IMG/VR virus record: IMGVR_UViG_2851966386_000003
Span: 1 to 49,389 of that record
Direction: 5' to 3' (one strand)
Length of the DNA: 49,389 nucleotides
Source of the DNA: a virus
Taxonomy: Duplodnaviria > Heunggongvirae > Uroviricota > Caudoviricetes
Part shown: piece by piece, positions 47,840 through 49,389 of the stretch
How positions within the stretch are numbered: the first letter of the stretch is position 1
How the letters are laid out: each line of letters starts with the position of its first letter
Program-made: the position numbers and the translations under genes
The notes under the pieces: generated by a model
What the model was told of the DNA's origin: nothing
Seen by the model: the letters and a program-made list of their open reading frames with translations, nothing else
Databases searched by the model: none

Positions 47840-48409
47840 GTGCTGATTGGCTATGCGAGGGTATCAACCGGGGATCAAAACCTCGACTTACAGAAAAATG
47901 CGCTGATCCGCGCAGAATGTGAGCTGGTTTTTGAGGATATGGCCAGCGGGAAAAATGCCCAGCGGCCAGGGTTAAAGCGCGCCTTACGCAGGCTTAAGCC
48001 CGGCGATGTGCTGGTGGTCTGGAAACTTGACCGACTGGGCCGAAGCGTGCGTGACCTGATTACACTCGTGTCGGAGCTGCAGGCGCGCGGGGTGAATTTC
48101 CGCAGCCTGACTGACAGCATCGACACCTCGACGCCTGCGGGACGTTTCTTCTTCCACGTCATGAGCGCCCTGGCGGAAATGGAAAGAGAGCTGATTGTCG
48201 AGCGTACACGAGCGGGTTTAGCCGCAGCGAGGGAGCAGGGGAGAGTCGGCGGCCGCCGCCGGGTAATGACTGAAGTAGTGGTGGAGCGGTGCCGCAGAAT
48301 GCTGGAGAACGGCGCTACCCGGCACCAGATCGCAGATGTGATAGGGGTGGGAGTGAAGACGATTTACAAATATTTGCCAGTACAATACAGCGATAAAAAA
48401 TCCCCTTGA
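47840..48409 (+). CDS. Serine DNA invertase (Gin/Hin/Pin/Cin family)
   Basis: Product aligns with Gin from memory (MLIGYARVSTGDQN...LVVWKLDRLGRS...FRSLTDSIDTSTPAGRFFFHVMSALAEMERELIVERT); C-terminal HTH. Confidence 0.85.
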   Translation: MLIGYARVSTGDQNLDLQKNALIRAECELVFEDMASGKNAQRPGLKRALRRLKPGDVLVVWKLDRLGRSVRDLITLVSELQARGVNFRSLTDSIDTSTPAGRFFFHVMSALAEMERELIVERTRAGLAAAREQGRVGGRRRVMTEVVVERCRRMLENGATRHQIADVIGVGVKTIYKYLPVQYSDKKSP

Positions 48410-48427
48410 GCAGGCACACTCAAGGGG
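48402..48427. terminator. Hairpin terminator-like element; T-run is on minus-strand side
   Basis: ccccttgag caggcaca ctcaagggg with aaaaaa upstream on plus strand. Confidence 0.45.
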
Positions 48428-48633
48428 AAAATACTACATAACATCATTGCTGTGTGCGTCTTCGCACACGCCTATCTTCTAAGAAGGCGCCCAAAGCTTC
48501 CAGATATTTCTGGTCTGAGTTGTTACATCATGGAGGAGGTGCCGATGTGATAGGTTAAGAGCGAAGACGGTCTGTAAGTACCTTCCGAAGTAGAGGAACA
48601 AGGATCATGAATTTGAGTCTATACCATCCCAAT

Positions 48634-48843
48634 TCATACATTCTTTGTAATTCTATGAAATATTGAGCAGAGTATTCTGTTCGAAATGAACCATATGGAA
48701 TAGCCAAAGGCTAAAATGCCCAGCGTAAAAACAACAATCAGCAAGTCCGTCTGTGACATCTTATATCCATTTGCAGTAGCAGGTTTTGAGAAAAGATAGT
48801 TCAAAGCTGGCACATAGACAACATAATCACTAAGTGAAACCAA
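48634..48843 (-). CDS. Small membrane protein (weak call)
   Basis: 69-aa ORF in AT-rich region between prophage end and umuD; hydrophobic core. Confidence 0.25.
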   Translation of the reverse strand: MVSLSDYVVYVPALNYLFSKPATANGYKMSQTDLLIVVFTLGILAFGYSIWFISNRILCSIFHRITKNV

Positions 48844-48930
48844 TATAAGGGGCTCAAAGGTGACTGGTTCCCCCCTCTGTGTTCCTGATTGATAGTTAAA
48901 ACCTCTATTGATCAGATTAGCGAATAAAAC

Positions 48931-48950
48931 TACTGTATATAAAAACAGTA
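48931..48950. promoter_or_regulatory. LexA box of umuD
   Basis: TACTGTATATAAAAACAGTA (CTGT-N8-ACAG), identical as I recall to the E. coli umuDC operator, 20 bp before umuD ATG. Confidence 0.8.
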
Positions 48951-48969
48951 TTTTGTGAGCGAGTTTATT

Positions 48970-49389
48970 ATGCAGTTCTACACGCCCGTTGAGTTACGCC
49001 AGATCATGCTGCTCCCGTTGTACAGTGACCTTGTGCAGTGCGGCTTTCCTAGTCCAGCGCAGGATTATGTTGAGCAACGTATTGATCTGAACGAGTTGCT
49101 CGTTAACCACCCAAGTGCGACGTATTTTGTCAAAGCCGCCGGCGACAGCATGAAAGACGCAGGCATAGGGGAAGGTGATCTTCTGGTCGTGGATAGCTCA
49201 AGAACAGCAGTTCATGGCGATATCGTTATTGCTGCTGTGGATGGGGAATTCACCGTTAAGAAGCTGCAGCTGCATCCGCGGGTTCAGCTTAACCCAATGA
49301 ACCCTGCATATTCGCCAATAGTCGTCGGTAGTGAGGACACTCTCGACGTGTTCGGGGTGGTTACGTACATCATTAAATCAGCTGGCTAA
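48970..49389 (+). CDS. umuD: UmuD (error-prone polymerase V subunit, LexA-like S24 peptidase)
   Basis: Product matches E. coli UmuD ([27 protein letters not shown]...[13 protein letters not shown]...[19 protein letters not shown]); start is internal ATG of ORF 48955..49389. Confidence 0.85.
   Translation: MQFYTPVELRQIMLLPLYSDLVQCGFPSPAQDYVEQRIDLNELLVNHPSATYFVKAAGDSMKDAGIGEGDLLVVDSSRTAVHGDIVIAAVDGEFTVKKLQLHPRVQLNPMNPAYSPIVVGSEDTLDVFGVVTYIIKSAG

Larger units (their letters stand above)
1..48430. mobile_element. Lambdoid prophage (integrase to invertase); left end beyond window, right end inferred between invertase and umuD LexA box
   Basis: Contiguous phage modules in canonical order (int, recET, repressor/cro, O/P, Q, lysis, terminase, head, tail, fibres, invertase); no att repeat could be identified inside window. 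Confidence 0.8.

Noticed and set aside
48440-48930. Search for a tRNA/att core at the right prophage junction
   Set aside because: No tRNA-like cloverleaf or obvious direct repeat recognisable without the left junction, which lies outside the window.

Overview
Almost the whole window is a single lambdoid (Rac/lambda-like mosaic) prophage in an enterobacterial chromosome; all calls are from reading the sequence and ORF translations, with no database search run. Left to right: P4-type tyrosine integrase (at the window edge), AlpA/Xis-like gene, RecT/RecE recombination module, small early genes, a divergent HTH repressor / Cro-like switch, lambda O/P-like replication genes with an iteron array inside O, a nin-like region carrying AT-rich cargo genes and a dinI homologue behind a consensus LexA box, a Cys-rich Q-like antiterminator with a pR'/tR'-like promoter-terminator pair, a yagU-like cargo gene, a lysis cassette (holin, GH108 endolysin, overlapping spanins), an AT-rich moron cluster, then terminase, portal, head and tail genes (including a G/GT -1 frameshift site, tape measure and a J-like tip protein). 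The prophage ends with a ~5.5 kb segment holding two convergent alternative tail-fibre operons bracketed by inverted 26-bp Gin/Hin-type sites, with a serine DNA invertase just outside, followed by host umuD and its LexA box. The most interesting signals are this candidate whole-ORF tail-fibre inversion switch, a duplicated ~108-nt structured element flanking the lysis cassette with a compensatory stem substitution, and several small or AT-rich accessory genes, some below the ORF-track size cutoff.
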